Notes: generated by a model from the sequence alone, not told the origin. 62,852 nucleotides of DNA, filler included, from Octopus bimaculoides (GCF_001194135.2; 4 parts of 4 records of this genome joined end to end with filler, not necessarily neighbours in it), one strand, 5' to 3'; counted from the first letter of the whole stretch, positions 25,150 through 38,312 are shown. Made by a program: numbers and translations.

Positions 25150-27197
25150 GTTGCTATTTCATAGAGGTAGTTAGAGTGAGTGATAGAGTGCTTAAGCTCA
25201 GGTTAGTCTTGTAGAATAGCAAAGTATCAATTATCTGTGCCTATGCTCGACAAGCGGACCTACAGAATGAACAGAAAGTACATTTTTATGATATTCTTCT
25301 TCGGGCTACCTCGAAGACGAATGACAAGGATCTCATATTCGTGGTTGGGGACTTCAATGGGCATGTCGGACGGCAGCCCAGTATTTTCTATGGTGTACAG
25401 GGGGGCCATGGAATTGGTTCCGGAAATGAAGAGGGAACAAAGCTACTGGAGTTCTGTAATGTGAATGACCTATTGATCTGTAACACCAACTTCAGGAAGA
25501 CGACTAGCCACCTGATAATCTACCAACCATGTGGCCATGCTAGCCAGATCGATTACATTCTCACCAGGCAGCGGGATGCATGGTTTCTCTTAAATACAAA
25601 GACCCTCCCTGGTGAAGAATGTGTCCCCCAGCATAGACTAGTCATTAGTGATTTTAGACTCCAGCCAGAAGAATGCCAAGAAACAGACCAATCTGGAAAA
25701 GAAGGATTGGGACATCCTAATTGAGAAATTTGATGAGGGGGAGGAGGAGCTACAAACTTGTGTCATAGAGGGCAACTGGGAATTCCTGCGAGACAGCTTG
25801 TTGAATGTCGCAGACCAAATTTGTGGGTGGTGCGAAGTTCCATCCAGACCTAGGGTAATGTGGTGGTGAAACAATGTGGTCAATAGGGCCTTTAGAGCAA
25901 AGAAACGGGCTGGAAGGACTGGAAGAGTCGGGATAGCAGGGAACTGTATCAGATAGCCAGAAGGGAAACTAGGAGACAGGTATATCTAGCCAAGAGTAAA
26001 ACAGAAAGGAAGTTTGCTTATGTTCAGTGGCGTGAGGACCAAAGAACTGAAGTGTTTCAGATTGCAAGACACTGTATGAGAGAAAATCGTGATGTCATAG
26101 GAGAGAAATGTGTCTGCATGGATCATGGGGTACTTGAATTTAATGATTCTGCGAAGAAATAGGTTTGGAAATGCCACTATGCAAACTGCTGAACGTGGAC
26201 AATGAATAGGAGGAGGAGAGTCTGCCAAAGGTTGACCCAATTGAGGAACCAGCTACCCGAATCGACAGTACCTTGGTAGATAAAGCAATTAAGGATATGA
26301 AGATAAGAAAAAACCCCGGTCTATCAGGAATCGCTACTGTGATGCTTAAAATATCTGGCGGTGTGGGTTACCCGTATTGTAAATCAGGTGGTTCCCGAAG
26401 GACTAGTGTAGCAGCACCATAGTCAACTACTACAAAAGTAAAGGGGATGCCTTAGATAGAAATAATTATAGAGGTATCAAATTGTTGGATCAGGTGATGA
26501 GAGTTGTGGAGTAAGTCATAGCCCAACTAATCAGGGAGAGAGTTAGCCTAGCTGAGAAGCAGTTTGGTTTTGTGTCAGGGAGAAGCACCACTGGTAAGGC
26601 AGCTGCAGGAGAAATACATAGCCAAATATAAACTTCTGTACTTGGCCTTTGTTGACTTGGAGAAATCCTTTGACATAAGAAGCATCAGATCTGGTGTGCA
26701 AGAGAGACGACTGTGCTGCTATGGTCATGTGATGCGTACGGACGAGGACAGCTGCGTAAAGAAGTGCAAATCTCTAACTGTGGCGGGAACCTGTGGTAGA
26801 GGTAGACTCAGGAAGACATGGGATGAAGTAGTAAAGCATGATCTTCGATTTTTTAGCCTCTCAGAGGGAAGGACTTGTGACCGAGACTTTTGGCAATATA
26901 CTGTGCTTGAGAAGACTCGTCAAGCCAAGTGAAATCGTAGTCATGGCTGATGTTGGTGTCACATAACTGGCACCCATGCCGGTGGAACGTGGAGAGCACC
27001 GTTAGAGCATTGGACCTCCTAGAGGTAAAGTGGCTGAGTTTCTTTCGAGCGTTGGGCCTCACGGAGACAATGACCGAAACCTTTGGAATTATGTCATGCT
27101 TGAGAAGAAGACCCATCAAACCGAGCAAAATCGCAGTCGTGGCAGATACCGGTGTCATGCAAATGGAACCTGTGCCGGTGGCACGTAAAAGCACCCA
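25150..27197 (+). mobile_element. Decayed RTE-clade LINE (APE endonuclease + partial RT), internally deleted, cut off by the scaffold join
   Basis: IICAYA, VVGDFNGHVG, NEEGTKLLEFC, SQIDYIL, QHRLVISDF (APE); NYRGIKLL, QFGFVSGRSTT, LAFVDLEKSFD (RT N-part); RRLCCYGHVMR...GRGRLRKTW (RTE C-terminus); multiple stops and frameshifts. Confidence 0.9.
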
Positions 27198-27297
27198 NNN
27201 NNNNNNNNNNNNNNNNNNNNNNNNNNNNNNNNNNNNNNNNNTTAATTAATTAANNNNNNNNNNNNNNNNNNNNNNNNNNNNNNNNNNNNNNNNNNNN
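27198..27297. other. Artificial scaffold-join linker (44N-TTAATTAATTAA-44N)
   Basis: Identical 100-bp construct appears three times; the 12-mer gives stops in all six frames. Confidence 0.9.
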
Positions 27298-29139
27298 CCC
27301 TCCCATCCGTCCTTCTCCACTGCCATATCCATAACCTCCTCCCACTTCTACCTCCTTCATCTCCAGCTCTTTTTAGCTTCACCTTTCTCTTCTTTCCATC
27401 CAATATCCCAAAAATTTATAGAAGCTCATACACACACACACACATCCACACACACACACACACGCATACACACATACGTATACATAGTCTCACATATAGA
27501 CACATACTCTTTCTCTCTCTCTCTCTCTCTCTCTCCCTCTCTCACACACACACATATATATATATACACACTTACACTCATTAACAACAGGACAAAACCC
27601 TTTACACAGAGCGGCGTCAATAACGCAACCAGAAACACACGTACACTCGGTCACATACACACATAGACACATTAGTAAATAACACACACATGCACACACG
27701 CACACACGCACACATATATACATACACACGCATACATAACGCGTAAATCGAGACCTTGAATAAGCGTCACGGTTGTCCTCACTTTTTTCTGATTATAAAT
27801 GGGAAGATGTGTGTGTATGCATGTATGTATGTANNNNNNNNNNNNNNNNNNNNNNNNNNNNNNNNNNNNNNNNNNNNNNNNNNNNNNNNNNNNNNNNNNN
27901 NNNNNNNNNNNNNNNNNNNNNNNNNNNNNNNNNNNNNNNNNNNNNNNNNNNNNNNNNNNNNNNNNNNNNNNNNNNNNNNNNNNNNNNNNNNNNNNNNNNN
28001 NNNNNNNNNNNNNNNNNNNNNNNNNNNNNNNNNNNNNNNNNNNNNNNNNNNNNNNNNNNNNNNNNNNNNNNNNNNNNNNNNNNNNNNNNNNNNNNNNNNN
28101 NNNNNNNNNNNNNNNNNNNNNNNNNNNNNNNNNNNNNNNNNNNNNNNNNNNNNNNNNNNNNNNNNNNNNNNNNNNNNNNNNNNNNNNNNNNNNNNNNNNN
28201 NNNNNNNNNNNNNNNNNNNNNNNNNNNNNNNNNNNNNNNNNNNNNNNNNNNNNNNNNNNNNNNNNNNNNNNNNNNNNNNNNNNNNNNNNNNNNNNNNNNN
28301 NNNNNNNNNNNNNNNNNNNNNNNNNNNNNNNNNNNNNNNNNNNNNNNNNNNNNNNNNNNNNNNNNNNNNNNNNNNNNNNNNNNNNNNNNNNNNNNNNNNN
28401 NNNNNNNNNNNNNNNNNNNNNNNNNNNNNNNNNNNNNNNNNNNNNNNNNNNNNNNNNNNNNNNNNNNNNNNNNNNNNNNNNNNNNNNNNNNNNNNNNNNN
28501 NNNNNNNNNNNNNNNNNNNNNNNNNNNNNNNNNNNCCTCCTCCTCCTCCTCCCCCTCTTTCTCCTCTCCACATTTCTTCTTCATCATTGTTAATATTGGC
28601 TTGACGTCGATGGCAGAAGTACGGCCAATTGGTGTAAGTATAATTGAGAGGGTCAACGTGATCGTTTGATCTGCTAGAAATAACAGCCAAATCTTTTAAC
28701 AGCATCACGTATTTCTAATGTCTCTAATAAAGTGATGCGGTCAGATTTCAAACGATGATTCTCGATGTAATCCATCTGTGAACATTAAAAAAAAAAATCA
28801 AAACAGAAAAAAAATGGAAAACAAATGGAATGGTCAGTACTGGAACGACTGTTATGTGTGTGTTTGTTGTGCCGACGCCCCCAGGCGAAGAAGTAGGTCT
28901 CCCAAGACATATAAATAGAGGTAGTCTGGCCGTGGTAGGAGTGTTGAGTAGCAGTCGAGTAGCAGTTGTGTAGCGTTTGAGTAGAGATCGTCCGAAGGTG
29001 CTAGATAGCAGTAGTGTTGAGACATAGCAGTGTTCTATACTGACATTGGAACTAAATAACAGCTATAGGAAAATCTTCATCAACATCGTCGTCATTGTCG
29101 TTGTCGTCGTCATCATCCTCATCATCCTCATCCTCATCC

Positions 29140-29178
<39 letters not shown>

Positions 29179-30084
29179 GCCAGACTGATCAAAGCCTTGT
29201 GAGTGGATTTGGTAGATGGAAACCGAATATATGTGTGTATATATTTTTGTGTCTGTGTTTGCCCCCCACCCACACACACACACACACCACCACCACCACC
29301 ACTACCACCAACACCATTGCTTGACAACTGACGTTGGTGTGTTTTCGACTCTGTAACCTATCAGTTCGGCAAAATATATCGAATGATAGAATCCTCCGCG
29401 TAGTAGGTTTAATCCGCTTTGCGGGAAGAGCTATTCTAAGAGCTACGTTTCACTGTTACTATGGATGTTTTTTTTCTTGCCGCCGAATGCAAATATTCTG
29501 ATGCCTCGCAGACAGATTGTATACAAGAACGTTCTAATCTGCTTTAAATTGAAGACCATCTCGATGAAATGGTGGTGGCGGTGGGGAGGTTATAGTTNNN
29601 NNNNNNNNNNNNNNNNNNNNNNNNNNNNNNNNNNNNNNNNNNNNNNNNNNNNNNNNNNNNNNNNNNNNNNNNNNNNNNNNNNNNNNNNNNNNNNNNNNNN
29701 NNNNNNNNNNNNNNNNNNNNNNNNNNNNNNNNNNNNNNNNNNNNNNNNNNNNNNNNNNNNNNNNNNNNNNNNNNNNNNNNNNNNNNNNNNNNNNNNNNNN
29801 NNNNNNNNNNNNNNNNNNNNNNNNNNNNNNNNNNNNNNNNNNNNNNNNNNNNNNNNNNNNNNNNNNNNNNNNNNNNNNNNNNNNNNNNNNNNNNNNNNNN
29901 NNNNNNNNNNNNNNNNNNNNNNNNNNNNNNNNNNNNNNNNNNNNNNNNNNNNNNNNNNNNNNNNNNNNNNNNNNNNNNGTGGAAGTGGTTGTGATGGTGT
30001 TGACGGCGTCGTTGTTGGACAGACGAATTATGAATGTTTTGTATAGCTACAGAAATTGCTAATTAAGCCAAATAATAAAATAAG

Positions 30085-30085
30085 A

Positions 30086-30147
<62 letters not shown>

Positions 30148-30272
30148 GAGGAGGAAGAGCACTATGATAACGACGATAGTGGTGATGAATGTGCTGATTA
30201 TGACGATGATGTGGATGAGGAAGAAGAGGAAGATGGATCCTCCTCCTCCGCATCATCATCATCATCGTCATT

Positions 30273-30309
<37 letters not shown>

Positions 30310-30402
30310 CCACCACCACCACTATCATCATCATCATCAACATCATAATCTTCATCATCTTCCTCGTCGTCATCGTCATCATCCTCATCATCATCATCCT
30401 CC

Positions 30403-30453
<51 letters not shown>

Positions 30454-30480
30454 CCGTCATCATCATCGTCATCGTCATGA
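30085..30480. repeat. (GAT)n tract followed by (CAT)n tract
   Basis: Seen directly; source of the poly-Met and poly-His ORFs. Confidence 0.9.
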
Positions 30481-31585
30481 ATTTTGGCATCAGATTCAGC
30501 CCTTTGAAGGCTGCAACATTAGCTAGCAAAGCAACAACAGAAGCAGGAACAGCAACCGCAAAAGTGGCAGCAGCTGTAGTCCCTGTAAATTAGCGGCTCG
30601 GCAAAAGTGAGCGATGCAATAGGTTATTATTTTTATATACCCAGGCCTATTCCTCATTCTTTTAGGAGGGGGTAGCCACAACAAGACACACACCAGGCAT
30701 TCCATTCATTTCTCAACTCAAAGAGGCGAGCCCCATTCTATGCTTGGATCAAGGCATAGAACGCACCCCCCAAACTTTGGCAATAAGTACCAACTTTAAA
30801 AATAATGTAAGTACTGACTTAATTCGCTCGACTAAACCCTCGACAAAGTTGCTCCAGCATGGTGGTATTCCAATGACTGAAACGAGCGAAATAAAAAAAA
30901 GAATTTTATAAACGTAGAAACGGACAAAAATCTAAACAGAAAATGTGCAAAAGTTCAAAATTGAAAATTCAAACAGAACAGAAAAAACAAAAGTACAAAA
31001 GTACAGAAAATAAATAATAATAAAAATATGNNNNNNNNNNNNNNNNNNNNNNNNNNNNNNNNNNNNNNNNNNNNNNNNNNNNNNNNNNNNNNNNNNNNNN
31101 NNNNNNNNNNNNNNNNNNNNNNNNNNNNNNNNNNNNNNNNNNNNNNNNNNNNNNNNNNNNNNNNNNNNNNNNNNNNNNNNNNNNNNNNNNNNNNNNNNNN
31201 NNNNNNNNNNNNNNNNNNNNNNNNNNNNNNNNNNNNNNNNNNNNNNNNNNNNNNNNNNNNNNNNNNNNNNNNNNNNNNNNNNNNNNNNNNNNNNNNNNNN
31301 NNNNNNNNNNNNNNNNNNNNNNNNNNNNNNNNNNNNNNNNNNNNNNNNNNNNNNNNNNNNNNNNNNNNNNNNNNNNNNNNNNNNNNNNNNNNNNNNNNNN
31401 NNNNNNNNNNNNNNNNNNNNNNNNNNNNNNNNNNNNNNNNNNNNNNNNNNNNNNNNNNNNNNNNNNNNNNNNNNNNNNNNNNNNNNNNNNNNNNNNNNNN
31501 NNNNNNNNNNNNNNNNNNNNNNNNNNNNNNNNNNNNNNNNNNNNNNNNNNNNNNNNNNNNNNNNNNNNNNNNNNNNNNNNNNNNN

Positions 31586-31915
31586 TAGGGTAGCGGACTC
31601 GCGGTCATAGGATCGCGGTTTCGATTCCCAGACCGGGCGTTGTGAGTGTTTATTGAGCGAAAACACCTAAAGCTCCACGAGGCTCCGGCAGGGGATGGTG
31701 GCGAACCCTGCTGTACTCTTTCACCCCAACTTTCTCTCACTCTTTCTTCCTGTTTCTGTTGTGCCTGTAATTCAAAGGGGTCAGCCTTGTCACACTGTGT
31801 CACGCTGAATCTCCCCGAGAACTACGTTAAGGGTACACGTGTCTGTGGAGTGCTCAGCCACTTGCACTGGAACCCTCGTCGTCGTAACCGACGGAGTACC
31901 AACAACAAACTGCAC
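31586..31915 (+). mobile_element. tRNA-derived SINE (third family) with (AAC)-type tail
   Basis: Head ggtagcggactcgcggtcataggatcgcggtttcgattccc (B-box-like); ends ggaaccctcgtcgtcgtaaccgacggagtaccaacaacaa. Confidence 0.65.
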
Positions 31916-32999
31916 TGAACACATAATGCTCTCTATGTATAGCATTACAATATGTCTGCGTTTAGTTTCTCCTCTGGTTTCAGCAAATGTCTCGCGGTAA
32001 CACAGGAACATCATCTTCACAGGGGTTTTTTGTTGGTCATATCGACACTTGTATATATTCCGATCTGTTACTATTAATTTTCCATCGAATTTGCTAAATT
32101 ACGCTTTCATTTATTATATATTTATATATTTAATGACAAAGCACTAGTTTTGCACTCTGTAGTTAACCGAACAATACATTAACATATTATTACGCTACAA
32201 ACTTGAAATGAAAAATTCATTGCTCATAACATTCTTGTCAACACTTACCCATTCCCTCTTCTCACTCACATTTTGTTTTCCATTGCTCTCAACATATTTA
32301 TACAAACACCCAATAGAACTGGTGTGTGTTTTAGGAATAGACAAGATAGACAAGCTCGAATCATACCACTTCAGTCAGTTAAATGATTGTTCTTCAAGAA
32401 GAAGCTCCCCGTGTTGTTGCGGATATTGTGTTTGATCCAAGGTTAATCATTTTAGAGGAATGAGTAAATCGATTACATCCCCTCCACTGCTCAACTTATT
32501 TTATCAATCCAAGAAAGATGAAAGTCTAAGTCAACGCTGGTGGCGTTTGAACTCTGAACGTAGAACCGGAAGAAAGTGGGCCACATAATTATCAGGTATA
32601 TTTACGATTCTGCCAGCTCATCGCCTTAGTCATAAGATAACAAAGATACAGCGAACTTACTGTGAGTGGAAAACCTAACGTTTCGGACAAAGTTGTTTTT
32701 CAAGGAAAAGTTGAAAGGAGTGAAATCAACTACGAAATTCTACTGGTAATGTATTGATTACCATAATAGCGATGATAAAAGACCATTGCCAAATGTACTG
32801 GGTATTGATCTCGAACCATGACAGATGTGATTGCACAACAAAGGTGATAACTTTACAGCCATTCTTGCGTCCAGTTTAACTAGAACAATTCTGCTTAGGA
32901 GAGGAAGTGTAGAGCATAGCTGTTAGTTTCTTGTTTTTCCGTCTTCGTTTTTTAGTTTTTCACATTCATTGTCACACTTTTATGACCGGTAGCACTTTG

Positions 33000-33520
33000 C
33001 CTTTAAATATATGTGTCTGTGTGTGAGAGAGAAAATAGAGAGAGAGAGAGAAAGACAGAAAGAAAGAGTAAGGTTATGTGTTTGTATAATTGTGTGTGTG
33101 TGTATGTTTGCGTTTGCCTGAGTGCCTGTATGCATATTGCTTTTGTGTGTATACTTGCGCATCTAAATGCGTGCGTGTGTATACGAGAAAGACTGTCTGT
33201 TTGTGTCTATGTTGTATATGCGTGTATGCGAGTGTGTGTGCACATGTGTTGGTGTATGACTGTTGTAGCTATCCGTGTGTCTGTGTGTGTTTATGTTGTG
33301 TATGTATGCAAGTGGTAGTGCATCTGTGACAGTTAGCATGTGTGTGTGTGTGTATGTCTGTGAACGGTGTTTTCTACCTGTGTCTATATGTTTATGTGTA
33401 TGTCTATTTGTGTGTATGTGTGCATGTGTGTGTATCTGCCAGTCTGTATGTATGTGTCAGTCTGTGTGTGTGTGTGTGTGTCTATGTGTGTGTGTGTCAG
33501 TCTGTATGTGTGTGTGTATG

Positions 33521-33560
<40 letters not shown>

Positions 33561-34070
33561 TGTGTCTCTCTTTTCTGTTCCACATTTCGTTAAATATTGC
33601 AATTTTAATTGGGTCACCATTAACATTTGAGTTTCTATGTAAACAAGAGCAAAAACAACAACGACAATAACAACAACAACAACAGCAGCAGCAGCAGCAG
33701 CAGAAGAAACAACAAAGAAGACAACAGCATGAATTAAAACAGCAGAAGTAAGAACAACAATGGCCGTAGCAACAATCACGGTGACAACAAAAACGAAAAC
33801 AACAATAACAACAACAGCAGCAGCAGCAGCAGAAACAACAACAATAATATGTAGCAACAGCAACAGTAACAACATCGTCAATTATGATGATAACAACAAC
33901 AACAACAACAACAACAGCATTAGAAACAATAAAAACGTTAAAGATTCCTAAAATAGCAACACATGCACAAGTAATAAGATGGCGGCGACGACGACGGCGG
34001 CGAAGTCGACAGCAACCACAACAAAAGCAATAATAAAAAAAAAACGACTGTAAGCAACAACAATATAACA
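33000..34070. repeat. Compound microsatellite field: (GA)n, (GT)n, (CAA)n, (CAG)n
   Basis: Seen directly. Confidence 0.9.
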
Positions 34071-34794
34071 ACAAAGACACCAATGATAAAAGAAAATGAA
34101 AATACAAACAGAAAAAAAAAAAAATGTGCAGAAACAGAAAAAGAGATTTCGGACAGAAAATCAGAAAATTAAGATCATTTTCTTTTTCTTTTCCTTTTTT
34201 TTTTTTCAGCGTTGTTTTAATATCTTTTTTGTTTATTCGGTTTGTTTTTATGGCTTTTCTCTTTGGTGAATCTTCTTTCCCATCTCCCTCCACCCACTTT
34301 CTATTCCTCCCACTCCCTCCTTTTCCTCTTTCTAATTCTAATTCCAAACTCTTATCCTACACGATTTTTTTTCCCCAGCATCACATTCATCTGTATCATC
34401 GACAGAAATCACCAATCTCTATATAATTAATCTCTATATAATTAATCTCTATATAATTAATAGCCGATATAAATATTATTTGGTTGCCTTGTTGGTTAAT
34501 TGGTTAGTTGAGTTTTTTTTTTTTCCAATCAGACTTTATATAGAAGAAGGGGGAGAGGAATTGAAAGATAGTAAAGGCGGGAAACGGAAAGTGTTAACGT
34601 AAGCAAGGCAGAATGATTGCACAGGTAGGCTTCGTGGCAGGCAACGCGTAAAAGAACGTTAGACAGATGCATACACACAGAAAAAGAGAGAATGAATTAT
34701 AGAGACATAAAAAGGTGAAAGGAAAGAGAGGAAGTAACTAGCACCGAAATTAATATTTTTCTTTCTAGCGAATGGCCACTTATAGGAATCGTTT

Positions 34795-35070
34795 AGTATC
34801 GGTTGGTCAAGGATACCTCCTCTCTCACCTTCTGTACGTGCTTGCTCTCGAGCCATTGCTACTGAAGGTGAATGATTTCAGGGGCATCCAGTATGAACTA
34901 TGATGCAGAAGGTTCGTGTCGGCTCATATTAAGGACATCGCCGTAATAGTCTTCGACATTTAAGAAATCGAAGTTATCAGCACTACTTTAAGGATGTACG
35001 AAGCGGTGACAGGAGCGAAGACTAGCCAGAAGTCGGTGGTTAATCTACAGCTCAGCATCCACACCGACTG
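34795..35070 (+). pseudogene. Degenerate L1/Tx1-like reverse transcriptase fragment
   Basis: Translates roughly as SVGQG..LS..LYVLALEPLLLK...MYEAVTGAK, matching SVRQGCPLSPLLYVLA.EPLL and IYETVAGANIN in the 47.6 and 51.1 kb LINEs; YADD position is degenerate. Confidence 0.65.
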
Positions 35071-35669
35071 ACTGACAGCGTCGAAAGAAAAGACTTATTA
35101 TGCAGCATTGTTCTAGATACATAAATATCGTTGATCTTGTGTCTACTCGACCAGGGGAGGTGAACTTGGGTTCAATATCGTCAAGCGAATTTATACCGGT
35201 TAGGAAGACATAGGGATATTATTTAACCGGCTAAAAAAATAGATGCTAACACCAGCCAAGATGCATCCCGCCGTCTTGGAAGTAAAAATGCCAAGCGAGT
35301 ATTTCCCAAGTAGTTGTGAATTTAGAAAGCACTGGAAAAGCATTGCTGAAGCACTTTTTATAATAGGACTGTTTGATCAGCTGTAATCTACAGCTTAACG
35401 ACGATAACGACAGCAACAACAACAACAACAACAGCAACGATCAACCACACCAATATCATTTATCTATCGTCAGCAATACAAATACAACAGGAATGTCCTA
35501 AGCCTTATAAATAAGCAATTATTCATTGCTCGTAGATATCATAACATCTTTAATAATAAATAACGTAAAGTTAGGTACAGCTGCACTAAAACTATATTTT
35601 GAAATCTTGGCCTGTACAAACAAGTAACCTTTTTTTCCAGCGTGGACACGTAAAACGCAGCGGTATTAC

Positions 35670-35715
<46 letters not shown>

Positions 35716-36620
35716 TTTTAAAAAAGGATTGACGTAACTCTTCACGAAGGTAAATAGTCAAAACGAAGAGCGCGATTTTAGATGTTTTATTTTTTGAACA
35801 ACATTTCGACAGAACGTCTGTCTTTCTCAAGTTCAAACCAAAAGGTGATTGAAAATTCAAAATTTCAGAANNNNNNNNNNNNNNNNNNNNNNNNNNNNNN
35901 NNNNNNNNNNNNNNNNNNNNNNNNNNNNNNNNNNNNNNNNNNNNNNNNNNNNNNNNNNNNNNNNNNNNNNNNNNNNNNNNNNNNNNNNNNNNNNNNNNNN
36001 NNNNNNNNNNNNNNNNNNNNNNNNNNNNNNNNNNNNNNNNNNNNNNNNNNNNNNNNNNNNNNNNNNNNNNNNNNNNNNNNNNNNNNNNNNNNNNNNNNNN
36101 NNNNNNNNNNNNNNNNNNNNNNNNNNNNNNNNNNNNNNNNNNNNNNNNNNNNNNNNNNNNNNNNNNNNNNNNNNNNNNNNNNNNNNNNNNNNNNNNNNNN
36201 NNNNNNNNNNNNNNNNNNNNNNNNNNNNNNNNNNNNNNNNNNNNNNNNNNNNNNNNNNNNNNNNNNNNNNNNNNNNNNNNNNNNNNNNNNNNNNNNNNNN
36301 NNNNNNNNNNNNNNNNNNNNNNNNNNNNNNNNNNNNNNNNNNNNNNNNNNNNNNNNNNNNNNNNNNNNNNNNNNNNNNNNNNNNNNNNNNNNNNNNNNNN
36401 NNNNNNNNNNNNNNNNNNNNNNNNNNNNNNNNNNNNNNNNNNNNNNNNNNNNNNNNNNNNNNNNNNNNNNNNNNNNNNNNNNNNNNNNNNNNNNNNNNNN
36501 NNNNNNNNNNNNNNNNNNNNNNNNNNNNNNNNNNNNNNNNNNNNNNNNNNNNNNNNNNNNNNNNNNNNNNNNNNNNNNNNNNNNNNNNNNNNNNNNNNNN
36601 NNNNNNNNNNNNNNNNNNNN

Positions 36621-36656
<36 letters not shown>

Positions 36657-36915
36657 CATTGCCTTTGCACAGCTTCTAACGCTGGAAATGTACTACGGTG
36701 TCAGCTGTTCGCTACCAGTGAACTAAGGTAACACCCCTTATTTTTCGAGCACCTTCCGGAGTATTCGAGCGGTTCCAAGCAGTACTGTTTTCTGCAAGTG
36801 CTCCACCTTTATTGCATCCCCCTATTAGTTCCATGTACTTCACAAGATTTTTACTCACTGTTCCCAGGGCTCGGACAATTATTGGTACGACTACCACCTT
36901 TTTCATCGCCCACAA
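36621..36915 (-). mobile_element. 3' end of an RLE-type (R4/Dong-like) non-LTR retrotransposon with (TAA)n tail
   Basis: LWAMKKVVVVPIIVRALGTVSKNL, frameshift, then EHLQKTVLLGTARILRKVLEK*; this is the typical R4-clade C-terminus; tail taataataa at 36621-36660. Confidence 0.75.
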
Positions 36916-36959
36916 CTACACACATTTGCATACTCACATATGCGGGTACACTCACACAC

Positions 36960-36960
<1 letters not shown>

Positions 36961-37046
<86 letters not shown>
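36961..37046. repeat. (GATA)n microsatellite
   Basis: Seen directly. Confidence 0.95.
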
Positions 37047-37047
<1 letters not shown>

Positions 37048-37667
37048 TGAATGACTGATTGATTGATCGCAGTAGTTGTACTAGCAAGTAATTTTCGTAG
37101 TCACTTCAACATGGCTGTTCCGTTCAAGACAAAATCAAAATCCAAATGGTCTACCATTTTGATTTTGACGGGTATAGTCACGGTATGGCCACAGTGAAAT
37201 GGCTGAAACAAGTGAAAGAATAAAAGAAGGAATGAATATGCACACGAAAGAATATGTGTTTATAAGCTTGTGTTTCTATGTGTCAGGTATCTGGGATTAA
37301 AAACATATATCCAATACTTTGCTAAGCTAACTTTCTTTGGCATATATGTATATATTATTTGTGATTAAGTTTTCAATTTTTTATTATTTTCTTGGCCATT
37401 ACTAGTAATCCTCTCGTAAATATTATTGCACAATCAAGGTCGTCTAAAACGAAAGATTTCAGTACAGGTTTGTAATACGAGGTTACACCCACGCAGCAGA
37501 ATTCGAGACAGCGCGCTCAATGTTTACTGTATGAAATTAAGTTTGATGTATTTTATGCTTTGCAGTGGGTTAAAAATGAAATAAATACGTTAGCATATAC
37601 GACATATGCACACATACATATAGGTATATATGCATACATATGTGTGTGCGAGGGTGTGTGTTCGTAT

Positions 37668-37711
<44 letters not shown>

Positions 37712-37721
37712 NNNNNNNNNN

Positions 37722-37763
<42 letters not shown>

Positions 37764-38156
37764 TGTGCGTGGTTCAAGATTGTGCAAATGACAAAAAGAG
37801 ACAGAGAGTGGTGAGGAAACTACAAACAAGGCGCATTACTTTGACGCTCAGGAAAAATAGAAGTGACTGTAACGTTTCGAGCTCACGCTCTTCCACCTAA
37901 AGTTATGAAGAGATATAACATAGAGAGAGGAGAAAAAACGGAGAAAGTTACACAAATACAAATAACAGGACATAACAACAAGTGTCATTCGATTAAGGAC
38001 GAATTAAATTAAGCTGGCTTGTGTGGAAGTAAAGCCTTACGGCAAGGATACAGGATTTCACAGGCACAGGGAAGAATATAGATGCTGCATGGACAACGGC
38101 CGAACCCAGAAAGAAATGTCAGGCTTGGCCGAACACCAATCACGTGGGGACATACA

Positions 38157-38192
<36 letters not shown>

Positions 38193-38212
38193 TATGTGTG
38201 TATATATATATA

Positions 38213-38312
38213 NNNNNNNNNNNNNNNNNNNNNNNNNNNNNNNNNNNNNNNNNNNNTTAATTAATTAANNNNNNNNNNNNNNNNNNNNNNNNNNNNNNNN
38301 NNNNNNNNNNNN
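38213..38312. other. Artificial scaffold-join linker (44N-TTAATTAATTAA-44N)
   Basis: Same construct as 27198-27297. Confidence 0.9.

Noticed and set aside
27242-27253. TTAATTAATTAA as a biological palindrome or PacI site
   Set aside because: Assembly linker, identical at three gaps
28850-29060. LTR-like TATAAATAGAGG cassette
   Set aside because: No definable termini, TSD or PBS; left unannotated
30056-30529. Poly-Met/poly-His ORFs (156 aa on both strands) as a metal-binding protein
   Set aside because: Pure (GAT)n/(CAT)n microsatellite; no splice or homology support
33013-34347. Cys/Val-rich and poly-Ala/Cys ORFs
   Set aside because: Translations of (GT)n, (CAA)n and (CAG)n repeats
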